In this document: in pieces, positions 51,773 through 62,147 of the stretch
How the letters are laid out: each line of letters begins with the position of its first letter
How positions within the stretch are numbered: position 1 is the stretch's first letter
NCBI GenBank assembly: GCA_965369655.1
Contig: CBDUQR010000003.1
Location: 32,354 to 96,353, forward strand
Length of the DNA: 64,000 bases
DNA from: an uncultured bacterium
GTDB lineage: Bacteria > Zixibacteria > MSB-5A5 > JAABVY01 > JAHJOQ01
Direction of reading: 5' to 3'
Translations under genes and position numbers: made by a program
The notes under the pieces: generated by a model
Told to the model about the DNA's origin: nothing
Database searches by the model: none
What the model saw: the letters and a program-made list of their open reading frames with translations, nothing else

Positions 51773-54700
51773 CTACTTTCCTATGACAGCAATCTTGACG
51801 ACTTTCGGGTCCTTATCCGGAGCCGTACAGTATGCAAAATAGATACCGTTGGCGACGCGCACACCGTCGTTTGTAGTCCCGTACCAATTGACCTCGCCAT
51901 CAGTACTGTTGAAGGTTTTCACCAGTTCACCACCAAAGTCGTAGATCTTGATGGTGATTGCATCATTGCCCTTGAGTCCAGGGTTGATTGTGGTGAAACC
52001 ATCCACGGACGGATCAAACGGGTTCGGGTAGTTGTACGGATCGCCCGCATCTGTAGCCTCGCCGGGACCGTATGCAGACCATGTCCGCTCACGCGAATTG
52101 CCTACGTTATCGGTAGCGACGATTCTTGTCCGGACACCGCTGGTCTTGCAGTATCTCAGGTAACCGCCATCGAGAATGTACTCGCCGGCTCCGAGATCAC
52201 CGTCAGCTTCGGAGATGAGAACATCGTCCTCATAAACGAAGACTTCGTTGATACCCGAACCGTCGTCGGCTATAGAGATCAAGACCGGACAATCATTCGG
52301 CAGCGCATCGAATTGCGACCACTGCGTCTCGCCATCGGCAAGGATCACCGGACCGTCGTAGTCGACAGGCAAGTACTGATCCCATGGATGTGCCGTATTG
52401 CCTACACAATCGTGTATGCCATGATCCCTGAGATAGTACTCATCCCAGTCACCATAAGCAACCGGATCGCCGGTGCTATAGTAGTCAGACCTTTCGCCTC
52501 TCACGCCATCGTAGACAGCGACGATGATTCCGCGTTCATCAGCGAGTTCGTAGTGAGTCGTTATCGTCACTATGCCGGTCACATCATCATAGTAGTAACC
52601 GACCTGACCCGGGAAGAACGTGCCAATGAAGAAGAGGTTGTCATCCTGGTTTGGACGCGCTGAGTTGGTGTCGTTCTTTTCAACTGCTATGACGTCGACG
52701 AAGACCTCATCCCAATCGATGCCGGATTCCGAATCCGATATGCTGAAAGTGATAGTCGGGTTCTTTCCTACATAGTAGTTATCAAACACGACAACCGGCG
52801 GAGTACAATCGACGTTGAACGTCCAAGTCGTATCATTCCACGCGCCCTGGTTGTTCTTCGCCTCAATGTACAGAGTATTCACACCACATTCAAGCGGCGG
52901 TGCGCTGTACTCGCCACCTTCCTCGTACTCATCATCATAGTCGCTCGTCATGTAGATATCGAGCAAGCCACTAACGGCATCCCAGTGCGTATACCATCTG
53001 TCAGCATCGCCACCGGTCTCCCAGTTGTGGATAGTGATGCCACCAATCTTGATGACAAAGCGATCATCATCGATCTCGGTGAACTCGTGAGTTGTGATGT
53101 GTAAGGTGAACTTGGGCGTCAATCCGTCTTGAACCGGACTGGTGTAGCAAACCTCTTCATCATCGCAACACCACGGATAGGCGTCGACTTCAAAGACGAC
53201 ATCGCCAGGCGTCGGATCTACCTGCTGGGCAACTGCAAAGATGCCGTACAAGCAATCGGACGAGAACTGAACAGTGTGATTCTCGGTGTCGAACCACGCA
53301 TCAGCGCTCAAATTGAAGATGCCGTCGGATTCCCATACACCATAATAGGGATCCCACTTGAGAACTGCGAGTTCAGAAGCGGGCAGATCTATGGAAAGAT
53401 CGTACGACATTTTAATCTGGGCGTAACGGTTGTAACCGAAGCAGCAACCGCTCGATGTAATAGCGGTCAGATCGTCACCGCCATCGGTCTTAGGCGCCAA
53501 GTCTAACTCGTAGCCGCAGCCGATGTAGTTGACGTATATTCCACCGTTGTGGTTTGCAACCGGTACCCAGTCATCCTGAGGCTCGCCTGATCTCGGTAGC
53601 CAGGTTTCCATGATAACCATACAGCCGCTGTGATCGCCGTCGGGCAGACCCACTGTGACTGTGCCGCCGTTGCCTGTGTAGGTCGAGGGCAGATCATCCC
53701 AGTACGTGAATGTCTGGATCATGGTCATGACCGCGCCGGTACCGTCAGCGGAACCAACGAAGTAGATCGAGTAGCCGCCGCAGATAACGTCGTAGTCAGG
53801 ATGGACATCTTCCTGGAAGACTGAGTCACCCGGCGAACTCGGATTGAGATCAACGGCCTCGTAGACGAAACCAGGAGGATCGTTGAAATCAGTCTGATAC
53901 ACCGCGAGTGCGACCGGCTCGTTTGCTGACGGAGCGGTCACACGGAGAACACCCTCGAAGATGTCATTCTCGTAGTTCTTCAGAACGACGAGATCTTTCA
54001 GTTCGCCATCGACGAATGTCAGACCACCTTCGCCATCAGCTGTACCGATGATCAGTATGGCCGTCGCCTCGTTCGAATTGGTTCCATCCGAGGCGAGCAG
54101 GCGGAAGTTATGAGTTCCGCTGATCGAGGATGCGTTGAACTCGGTCCACCAGTAATTGCCTGTCGCAACAGCGCCGGTTCCGATACCGATCCATGCGTCG
54201 CCGTCCTGGTACTGGAAGAGTACCTCTGTGGCGTCACCAGACCAGTCATAACCATACAGCCTGTTACCATAGTATCCAATCACGGAAGTGACCGGAGGTG
54301 TCTGATCGGTAATGTAGCCGTTGACCGGACCAAACGTGGTCATGTTACCGACCAGATCCCAGGCGTAGAAGTAGAACCTGTACGTGCCTTCGGGAAGACC
54401 GGAGATGTTGAACGAACTTGTCTGCTCGCCATCAGTCGCCGGATCAACCGTCTGGTAGTACATAGCGGATCCACTACTGTTTCTCAATTCGAACGCGACC
54501 TTGACGATGCCGGAGTTGGCGCCGCTCCAGGAACCGTTGTCCTGGAACTCTCCGAAGAGTTCGGCGACCGGCATGCACGCGTTTAGATCGAGAGCCGGAT
54601 CGTTGTTAGCTTCAACGTCCTGTTCACAGATCATTGTCGCGGCAATCGTCGGATTGGTCTCGTCGTTGTACAGTGTCCAGAAGTCAGAATCGACGAATCT

Positions 54701-57700
54701 TCCGGCGCGGTTGTAAGCGCGCACTCTGTAGTGGAATGATCCGTCGCTCGTGATCGTGTCTGACCACATTGCATTGTATGGCGGGTAGTAATCTCTCGAC
54801 CAGGTGTGCCATGTACCCGAAAGAACACTCTTGTACATGAACAGCACCGAGTCGATCGGTATATCCGGATTATCGTGTGATGCACTTGCCACGAATATGG
54901 TGTTGTGCCCGATAAAGCCGGAATCTGACACGGCCGCGTTGCTCGGCAATGTTACGCTTTGCAACGTAGCGTTCGGCCGTTCATTAGCGATGAAGATCCT
55001 GGTCGAAACCGGATCCGTATCGACGTTGAACGATGAATCGGTCAGAACCGCTCTCACCCAGACCCAGCCGTCCGGAACCGCACCAAGCGTCTGCCAGTTA
55101 GCCGGGAAATTGCCAGTCACATCATATGATGTGGCGATTGTGTCCCAGGTCGATTCACCTTCGATCTGATACTCATATGTCACGGAGTACATATTGTACG
55201 CATTCAGAGCGCCGGCGGTCAGTGAGATGTTACCCCAGTAGTAGTTCTGCCACAAGAGGCTCGTGATAACTGCCTGGTTGGCGTTGACGTCAAGAATCGT
55301 GATCTTGATCGTGTCAGTCACAACCGGCCTGTTGAGCACATCGAGCTTCTCGACGACGATCCAGGCTACAGTGAACCTGTTCATAATGTCATCGTCAGTG
55401 TACAACCCAAGTGTGTATGGATTGAACGTGGCAGTGTACCACGGATCTGCTGCGCCCTGTGCCACCCATGTGACAGTGCCAGGATTCGCAGGCAGCCATC
55501 CGTACCTGATGCTCGCAACCTCTACGCTATCCGACATCGGGATCGTCTGCGACCAGACGGTAATATCCACATCTTTCGGAGCATAGACTTCGCCGGTGCC
55601 TCCCAGCTTGGTCGATGGCGTGTAGAATGTGACACCATTCGCCTCAAACTGGTTGAAGGCTATCGGAGCCGCCATGTTGTCGACAAACCATCTCTTGTCA
55701 GAGTGGTGGTTGCTACTGGTTGGATCGAACGTGTTATCATCGAAGAATCCGTCATCATCCCAATCCCACATCACGTTGTTGGTGATGTCGGTTGCGATAA
55801 CTCGGAAATCCCAGAAGATGTTGCTCGTCAGACCAGCGGTGTTGTACCCGTACCAGACGTATGTACCTTCGTCTGTAGCGGGTCCCATTTCACCGATTAG
55901 CGTGTAATTAGCGAATACATCCGGATCGGTCGTCTTCCTGACATATAGTTCGAGTTTCGAGAAGTCGTTAAACGCTTCCTGAATCTCGGCGTGGAAGTCG
56001 ACCATACCGGCAAGTGTCGGTACACCGTTGACATCCACAGCCTGCACACACGTCAGGACGATATCCGTCGCAAACGCATCAAGATAGACCGTGATGTATG
56101 GCGTCGCCTGGGTGTTATTCAGGTTATCAAAGAATACCGCGCGAACGAGGACGGTGTCGCCGTCAACGAACGCCATGTTATTCCAGTTTCCCTGGAAAGT
56201 GTCACCCATCGCGGGCGCCGTCTGAATATCAAACACATTGAACGCCGACTCGCCATTTGTCATGTAGTCGGAGAACAGTGCGTGCTCGAATTCGACACGG
56301 GTAACCGGTGACGGATCATATGCCCAATTGTTCACTCTCGCCCAGACATTGAGCGGACGCAGAGTGGAGTTCATCTTGCGAACTCTCTGACCGTCGATCG
56401 GGAAAATAATACCGGCTGACGGGGCGGTGGTGTCGGGAGCACAGGCTGCGAACGAGAACGCCGCGGTGTTGCCATCGTCTCGCGTCACCCTGATCCATAC
56501 CGTGTTTGTGCCCTTCCAGAAATTGGTCGCGTTCATGTAGAACGTGAAGGGCATTGTCGCGACATCTTCATAGTAATTGATTCTCTGCGTAGCGTCGCCG
56601 AGAGTCGTGTGGAAGACATCGACCGTGAAAAGATTGCCGGGAGTGAAATTCGAAACAGCAATCTCGACGATGTTCATCGTGTCGAGAGTGACATCGAATC
56701 CACAGCCGCTCTGTGGAGAGACCGCACCGTTGACCGAAATCAGCGATGCCGGAAGTCCCACATAAAACCATGTGAATTCAAACGTATCACAAACGAGCGC
56801 CTGATCCCAGGTCTGGCCGTTGCCGACCGTATCGAGACCAACCGTCATCGCCTGATACAAATCCTCAGCCGGAGCGCCCGGGAAGAGCGGACTCATTGTA
56901 CCATTTGTGATCGTGAAGATGAACTGTAGTCCGCCACCCACACGATTCATCATGCTCATGAACTTCCAGTCTCCGGGAGTACCGGTGCCAACGTCCTTAT
57001 TGCGGACGTACAGCGAACATGCAGCGATGTCGAGATCGCTCGTCTGAGCGTAGATTGGCAGTGGTGATGAGAAGCCGCCGAATGCATGGGCTGCGTCCGG
57101 AGCGTTGATGCAAATTGCCGGTGGCTCGCAATCGGCGGTGGCTGACACACGAATTGTATTCCATTCGCGATTGTCACCCTTGTCGATCACGCGCACTATG
57201 AACTGATATGTCGTGCCGTGAACCGGAACGACTGTGCCGTCGGTAGTCCAGATAGTGGCCGGATAGTCGGCAGTACCGAGCGTATCCGTTGTCGTATCGG
57301 CAACATCCCAGCCGTCACCGCCATCCCAGAAAATAACGTACAGACTGTCGTCCGTGCCGTCAGTCGGGTGAGCAGTCCAGTTCAGCTCTAACGTGCAGTT
57401 GGCTCTGGCAGTAGCCCAGAGATTCACTACACCGTCAGGCGGGTCGGTGTCGACCTTCTGAGTGATTGCTGGCGAAGTCACGGCAACACTGTTACCGGCG
57501 TGGTCATAGAGAATGAGATCTACCGTGTGCGTTCCCGCAGGCGCATTCACCTGCATGTCGCTCGGCAACACAGTATGTATATACTGATAGATCTTCCAGC
57601 CGTGTGTCGTCGAGTCTGTCGCGCACTGTTCCGCGTTGCCGCCCAGACCGTTGTTGTATAGATCCAACTCGACAGGGCAGGGCCAGAACAGCGAATCCTG

Positions 57701-59224
57701 CGTGAGGGAAGCGTCGACAACGAGTTCGACCTGATCGTAGAAATTGATCACGTTGTTTGAATCGAGATCAAGTTCACGCTCGTAAGTCACTACCGGCGGA
57801 TCCGGAGGAACAAGATCGACTGCGAACGTTGTCGAATCCTTGGCAAAGTCGAAATTGCCTGCGTTGTCCTGCGCCGTCACCCAGAGAGTACACGGAGATG
57901 TGCTGTCGGCGTTGACGTCCAGACCGGTGTTAGATTGAATCAGCTCAAGTCTGAGTTCCCATCTGTTGTCACCGGCCGGGTCGGTCATAGCGAGATTGCC
58001 CCAGGTCGTATGCCAGTTAATCATGTTAACTGCTATGGCCTCAATCTCGCCGTACGAGTTGCTCGTCATGTAGGAGAAGACAACGATCGAGTCGCCGATA
58101 GCGGCTGTACCGTCACCGTTCTGATCCCACAGAAGCTCAACCCAGACGCCGTTGTCGGACACATTGTCGAACAAAGGCTGCTGGTTGTCAATGAGATGAT
58201 TGAAGACAACCTCTTGCGACGCCGTGTTGCCTACTGAGTCTTCTCCTATGACAAATACCGAATAGAAGCCGGAGTTGACGTCCAGCGGTACCGATGTCAC
58301 AGAGGTCTCCGGCAAGCGTTGAGTAATCCTGAACACGTCTCCGACCTGAGTATCATCGCTTTGCGACGCTGTTCCACCGAATGCTCTCATATCGGTGGTG
58401 ATCTTCTCCAGGGTGTCTAACGTAACATTGCTCTGTGCCCAGATTTCAATCGAATCCTGGAGGTTGATGACACCCGCTTTGAAGAAGTCGTGCCCGGAAA
58501 TCGGGAAGGTGTAGTCTGCCGTGAAATCCGGCGGCCTGGTGTCTAAACGGAGCGCTCTACCATCGTTGTCGATGCCATACTCCGTTGTCATCAGGCTCGT
58601 ATAGCGCAACGTATCGGTGAGAGCCTGAGGAGCGTATCCGCTCTGTGCAGCCCTGAGACTTGCACGATGGAACTGCAGACCAGCCTTCAGGTCATCGTAG
58701 GTCAGATCGACATTGGCATCGTCGATATCAACCTCGAAGTAGTAGAACACTGTGTCGCCGTTCGGGATGGTGTCGTTGATGTTTGCGAATAACAACGAAT
58801 CATTCTCTGAGAATGGCGTTGACACAGGATTGATCGTCACCGTCTTCAGCAGAGTAGGACTCGTTAGGTTGTTGTTGTAGGAGCGGTAGAGCGAAATGCT
58901 CTTGAACATGTTCTCCTTATCATTATAGGAGAACACCATGATAGAGTTGAGCGTGTCCTGTGCGCCGGTGCTGTTCAGGACCATAAACCTGAACGCCATA
59001 ACATCGGTCGATACCGCCGACACCGCTTCAATGGTGTCCGACGAATCGCACACAACCAACTCCACCGTCAGACTCGCGTCGTCGGTAAAGGCGTCGCTGG
59101 TTATGGTCGCAAGCGACAGATCGTTACCGCCTCCTCCGAGCGAAAGGTCTCCCTGCGCCCAGGCGCTGCCGGAGAGCATTAACCCGGCTACAAGGAGAAA
59201 AAGAAAGGTGCGAACGTATTTCAT
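51773..59224 (-). CDS. Giant (~2,480 aa) secreted multi-Ig/FN3-like protein with FlgD-Ig/T9SS-type C-terminal domain
   Basis: Signal peptide MKYVRTFLFLLVAGLMLSGSAWA; repeated D..GN and DxxPP linkers; terminal YNYPNPF...IKIYDFGGELV....W.G....G..VANGIYF...KIAVI. ORF is open to 59335. Confidence 0.85.
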   Translation of the reverse strand: MKYVRTFLFLLVAGLMLSGSAWAQGDLSLGGGGNDLSLATITSDAFTDDASLTVELVVCDSSDTIEAVSAVSTDVMAFRFMVLNSTGAQDTLNSIMVFSYNDKENMFKSISLYRSYNNNLTSPTLLKTVTINPVSTPFSENDSLLFANINDTIPNGDTVFYYFEVDIDDANVDLTYDDLKAGLQFHRASLRAAQSGYAPQALTDTLRYTSLMTTEYGIDNDGRALRLDTRPPDFTADYTFPISGHDFFKAGVINLQDSIEIWAQSNVTLDTLEKITTDMRAFGGTASQSDDTQVGDVFRITQRLPETSVTSVPLDVNSGFYSVFVIGEDSVGNTASQEVVFNHLIDNQQPLFDNVSDNGVWVELLWDQNGDGTAAIGDSIVVFSYMTSNSYGEIEAIAVNMINWHTTWGNLAMTDPAGDNRWELRLELIQSNTGLDVNADSTSPCTLWVTAQDNAGNFDFAKDSTTFAVDLVPPDPPVVTYERELDLDSNNVINFYDQVELVVDASLTQDSLFWPCPVELDLYNNGLGGNAEQCATDSTTHGWKIYQYIHTVLPSDMQVNAPAGTHTVDLILYDHAGNSVAVTSPAITQKVDTDPPDGVVNLWATARANCTLELNWTAHPTDGTDDSLYVIFWDGGDGWDVADTTTDTLGTADYPATIWTTDGTVVPVHGTTYQFIVRVIDKGDNREWNTIRVSATADCEPPAICINAPDAAHAFGGFSSPLPIYAQTSDLDIAACSLYVRNKDVGTGTPGDWKFMSMMNRVGGGLQFIFTITNGTMSPLFPGAPAEDLYQAMTVGLDTVGNGQTWDQALVCDTFEFTWFYVGLPASLISVNGAVSPQSGCGFDVTLDTMNIVEIAVSNFTPGNLFTVDVFHTTLGDATQRINYYEDVATMPFTFYMNATNFWKGTNTVWIRVTRDDGNTAAFSFAACAPDTTAPSAGIIFPIDGQRVRKMNSTLRPLNVWARVNNWAYDPSPVTRVEFEHALFSDYMTNGESAFNVFDIQTAPAMGDTFQGNWNNMAFVDGDTVLVRAVFFDNLNNTQATPYITVYLDAFATDIVLTCVQAVDVNGVPTLAGMVDFHAEIQEAFNDFSKLELYVRKTTDPDVFANYTLIGEMGPATDEGTYVWYGYNTAGLTSNIFWDFRVIATDITNNVMWDWDDDGFFDDNTFDPTSSNHHSDKRWFVDNMAAPIAFNQFEANGVTFYTPSTKLGGTGEVYAPKDVDITVWSQTIPMSDSVEVASIRYGWLPANPGTVTWVAQGAADPWYTATFNPYTLGLYTDDDIMNRFTVAWIVVEKLDVLNRPVVTDTIKITILDVNANQAVITSLLWQNYYWGNISLTAGALNAYNMYSVTYEYQIEGESTWDTIATSYDVTGNFPANWQTLGAVPDGWVWVRAVLTDSSFNVDTDPVSTRIFIANERPNATLQSVTLPSNAAVSDSGFIGHNTIFVASASHDNPDIPIDSVLFMYKSVLSGTWHTWSRDYYPPYNAMWSDTITSDGSFHYRVRAYNRAGRFVDSDFWTLYNDETNPTIAATMICEQDVEANNDPALDLNACMPVAELFGEFQDNGSWSGANSGIVKVAFELRNSSGSAMYYQTVDPATDGEQTSSFNISGLPEGTYRFYFYAWDLVGNMTTFGPVNGYITDQTPPVTSVIGYYGNRLYGYDWSGDATEVLFQYQDGDAWIGIGTGAVATGNYWWTEFNASSISGTHNFRLLASDGTNSNEATAILIIGTADGEGGLTFVDGELKDLVVLKNYENDIFEGVLRVTAPSANEPVALAVYQTDFNDPPGFVYEAVDLNPSSPGDSVFQEDVHPDYDVICGGYSIYFVGSADGTGAVMTMIQTFTYWDDLPSTYTGNGGTVTVGLPDGDHSGCMVIMETWLPRSGEPQDDWVPVANHNGGIYVNYIGCGYELDLAPKTDGGDDLTAITSSGCCFGYNRYAQIKMSYDLSIDLPASELAVLKWDPYYGVWESDGIFNLSADAWFDTENHTVQFSSDCLYGIFAVAQQVDPTPGDVVFEVDAYPWCCDDEEVCYTSPVQDGLTPKFTLHITTHEFTEIDDDRFVIKIGGITIHNWETGGDADRWYTHWDAVSGLLDIYMTSDYDDEYEEGGEYSAPPLECGVNTLYIEAKNNQGAWNDTTWTFNVDCTPPVVVFDNYYVGKNPTITFSISDSESGIDWDEVFVDVIAVEKNDTNSARPNQDDNLFFIGTFFPGQVGYYYDDVTGIVTITTHYELADERGIIVAVYDGVRGERSDYYSTGDPVAYGDWDEYYLRDHGIHDCVGNTAHPWDQYLPVDYDGPVILADGETQWSQFDALPNDCPVLISIADDGSGINEVFVYEDDVLISEADGDLGAGEYILDGGYLRYCKTSGVRTRIVATDNVGNSRERTWSAYGPGEATDAGDPYNYPNPFDPSVDGFTTINPGLKGNDAITIKIYDFGGELVKTFNSTDGEVNWYGTTNDGVRVANGIYFAYCTAPDKDPKVVKIAVIGK

Positions 59225-60048
59225 TCGACAACCCCCTGCAGTAGGTTGTAAGGTTACTGGTTTCTTTTCCGTCATTGGGTTTTGGTTCATAGGCTTGGTG
59301 CCTACCTCCTTTCCTCTCTTAACTCTTAGTTTCATATATTACTTCTTATCTATTCTTAAACTTCAGTTCGAAAAACCGTGTGAACAAAAAAGCACAAACT
59401 CGTCACGGTATCATTATTAAGATCGAACATAACCTCTGCTGTTCGTTCTCGCGTTTGGGAAGATCAATTATAAACTGGAACCAGAAGGTTCTCTTCCCTG
59501 AGCGATAGGTTGCAATCCATTAGAGACGCAAAAGACCCAGCCGTCGGGGATACCAATCGAACTCCCCGATGCCGAGTGTACTGCTCGTTCTCCCTATCTC
59601 TCTTTAGCCAAAAAGCCTAATAACCTAATTCAATCAAACCGGTTCATCCATTCATCCGGCAAATTATCGGCGCAAAGTAAATCCAACGTTACCAAAAAAG
59701 CAAGTTCTTTTTTTCACACCTTTCAAAGTGTTCATTGGCACTTGCACCGAAATTTTCGGAATTCTATCAAGTTGTTGATTCTTTGTCAAGTAATAAAATG
59801 CAAACCTTTCACTTATGAACGGCAGTTAAACCATTCTTGTCGATTCCGACTTTTAACTGACTGTCTCACACACAATCGTACGTCCGCGCTACTGTGGAAC
59901 AGTGCGCCGCCGCACATATCATCTGCGACCATCGCTTGTACCAACTCATGTATATAAAGCATGGTCATTTAGTCTATCGGCACGCCACTTCAGATATTTA
60001 GTTTCATTTTGTAACAACATGCTCGCAATGAATCAATTCTCAGCCGGG

Positions 60049-61464
60049 TCATATCACGTCCGATGGGACTGCTTCGGCCTTATCCCGCTTTCGCAGGAGA
60101 GATATTTTCAGGAGCGGTGGCGTCACCAGCGTGGTAATCATAACCATTATTACGACAGCCGAGTATGTGGAGCTTGAGACTATGGGTACGCCCGCCAGAG
60201 CAAGGCCCGCGCCGATCTTCGCGAAAATGAGACCGACCTCGCCTCGCGGTATCATGCCGAGTCCGACAGCAAGCTTGTTGGTATCTTTATCCCAGACTCC
60301 GAGCGAACAGACTTGTTTGCCGATTATAGCCGCAGCCGTGAGCACAGCCGCAAATCCCAGGATGCTCGGATCGGAGAAAGTCGTGAGATCGACCAACATC
60401 CCCATTCGGACGAAAAAAATCGGCACCAGGAAAAGGGCTATCGGTCGGATAAGGTCATCGAGACCGTGCTCGCCTCTTTCGACATAGCCGCGGTAATGGA
60501 CGTCATCCATGATCAGCCCGGCAGCAAACGCTCCCACGATGGCTGCGAGGCCTATTTTCTCGGCGAGGAATGCGAGCAGGAAACAGATGGAAAGCGCGAT
60601 AGTCAGCAGCACGCCTGTCGCTTTCACCCTCAGTCCGAATTTCATTATCTTTGGCACGAGGTACGAGCCTAATATCAACGCGCCCACAATGAAGCCGACA
60701 GCTTTCAAGATTGATATCAGAATCGTGCCGGAGTCAATTCCTTCCGTACCGGATCCGGCAGCGCTGATCAGGCCGGTTATAACCGACAGCACTATCAGCC
60801 CCATGATGTCGTCGATGACCGCAGCTCCGAGGATTATCTGACCTTCCTTGCTCTTTACCTTATTGATGTCTCTTAGCACTCGCGCGGTTATGCCGACTGA
60901 AGTTGCGCAAAGAGTAGCGCCGATGAATACGTGCGTATAAATTGATTCAGCCGGCAGGAACCATGCCGCAACTCCCCATCCGAGAAAGAACGGAACGATC
61001 ACTCCAAGCGCAGCCACTACGAAGGCTGACGCGCCGACAGCGAGCATTTCCTTGATGTTGGTCTCCAGCCCGACCTCGAAGAGCAAAAGCATTACGCCGA
61101 TCTCTGCCAGCACTTCGAGCGGAACATTCTCCTTGAGGAATTCAAGGCTATCTATCCCGATAAGTGCGAGATTGCCAATTATTACACCGATTATCAGCTC
61201 CCCGAGGACCGCCGGTTGACGGAAACGCTCAAAAGCATCCCCCCCGATCTTAGCCGTCACAAGCAGTATAATCAGTGCAAACAACACCGGTACGACCACG
61301 GATTCCGGATGACCGCCGCCTGACGCGTGTTCGCCGCCGGCAGTCTCGTGTATCGCTTCGCTGACTGTTTGTGGATGACTGTCGGGTTCGGAATAGACTG
61401 CATTACTGGCGATCGCGACGATCACCACCAGGAGCGCTGTGAATGTGATGAACGATCTTCTCAT
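60049..61464 (-). CDS. Cation:proton antiporter (CPA2, NapA/KefB-like)
   Basis: P.VLGELI.G..IG, LLFEVGLE, ATSVGIT, AAVIDD, GAFAAG, PIFF..MG, PRGEV; His-rich N-terminal extension. Confidence 0.92.
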   Translation of the reverse strand: MRRSFITFTALLVVIVAIASNAVYSEPDSHPQTVSEAIHETAGGEHASGGGHPESVVVPVLFALIILLVTAKIGGDAFERFRQPAVLGELIIGVIIGNLALIGIDSLEFLKENVPLEVLAEIGVMLLLFEVGLETNIKEMLAVGASAFVVAALGVIVPFFLGWGVAAWFLPAESIYTHVFIGATLCATSVGITARVLRDINKVKSKEGQIILGAAVIDDIMGLIVLSVITGLISAAGSGTEGIDSGTILISILKAVGFIVGALILGSYLVPKIMKFGLRVKATGVLLTIALSICFLLAFLAEKIGLAAIVGAFAAGLIMDDVHYRGYVERGEHGLDDLIRPIALFLVPIFFVRMGMLVDLTTFSDPSILGFAAVLTAAAIIGKQVCSLGVWDKDTNKLAVGLGMIPRGEVGLIFAKIGAGLALAGVPIVSSSTYSAVVIMVMITTLVTPPLLKISLLRKRDKAEAVPSDVI

Positions 61465-61768
61465 GCCTAATCTCACACCTTGTGATATGACACCACATAG
61501 TCCGATTGTGAATCGCGAACAAACAAGCAATTGCAGATTCGATTGCAAGTTTTTTTATTTCCGCGCCCACAGAACGCAGTCGATCGAATTATGTGCAAGC
61601 CTGTTTTAATCTATATCGGTTACGGGAGGACAAAATGATGCGAATAGTTTCGATTCACTCGTGCTCGTCGTAGCTGTGCTCCGACGAAATGCGCAGAGGC
61701 ACAGCCTCTGCGCGTACAAGAATCGTACAGTGGGCGGCAGACCCTTCGAAGCTCAGGGCAGACGTCCT

Positions 61769-61994
61769 GAGGTTGTCCCAAAAGACTCGAAAAGTAGGTG
61801 GTCATGCTTGCGAAAGAAAGTACGGTCATTCCCGCGAAGGCCCTTCGCTTTGCTCAGGATATCACGGGAATCTATTGAGTACGTAATCGTTAAATAGACT
61901 CCCGCCTTTCCCTCAGGATCGGGATCAGCGACCGACGCGGGAGTGACAGAGTCAGCTTCTCGCTTGAGTTAATTAGCACTTACGGGACAACCTC
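61769..61994. mobile_element. Intact 226-bp MITE (copy C) inserted in a REP loop with TCCT target duplication
   Basis: ggcagacg-TCCT-[GAGGTTGTCCC...GGGACAACCTC]-TCCT-cgtctgcc. Confidence 0.88.
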
Positions 61995-62147
61995 TCCTCG
62001 TCTGCCCCGTTGAATCTGTAACTGCCGGCCACAGAATGCGTTGAATGGGCTGTTGACTATATCAGTCACAGGAAGACAAGATTGTGCGATAGTTTTATTA
62101 CAATAATATATATATAGAGAAAGATCGTTGTCTCCGTCGCTGCCTGA

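Noticed and set aside
59505-59576. c-di-GMP-I riboswitch (GACGCAAAA...TGCCGA)
   Set aside because: No GGCAAA/GAAA-tetraloop stem, and it is on the strand opposite the downstream gene.
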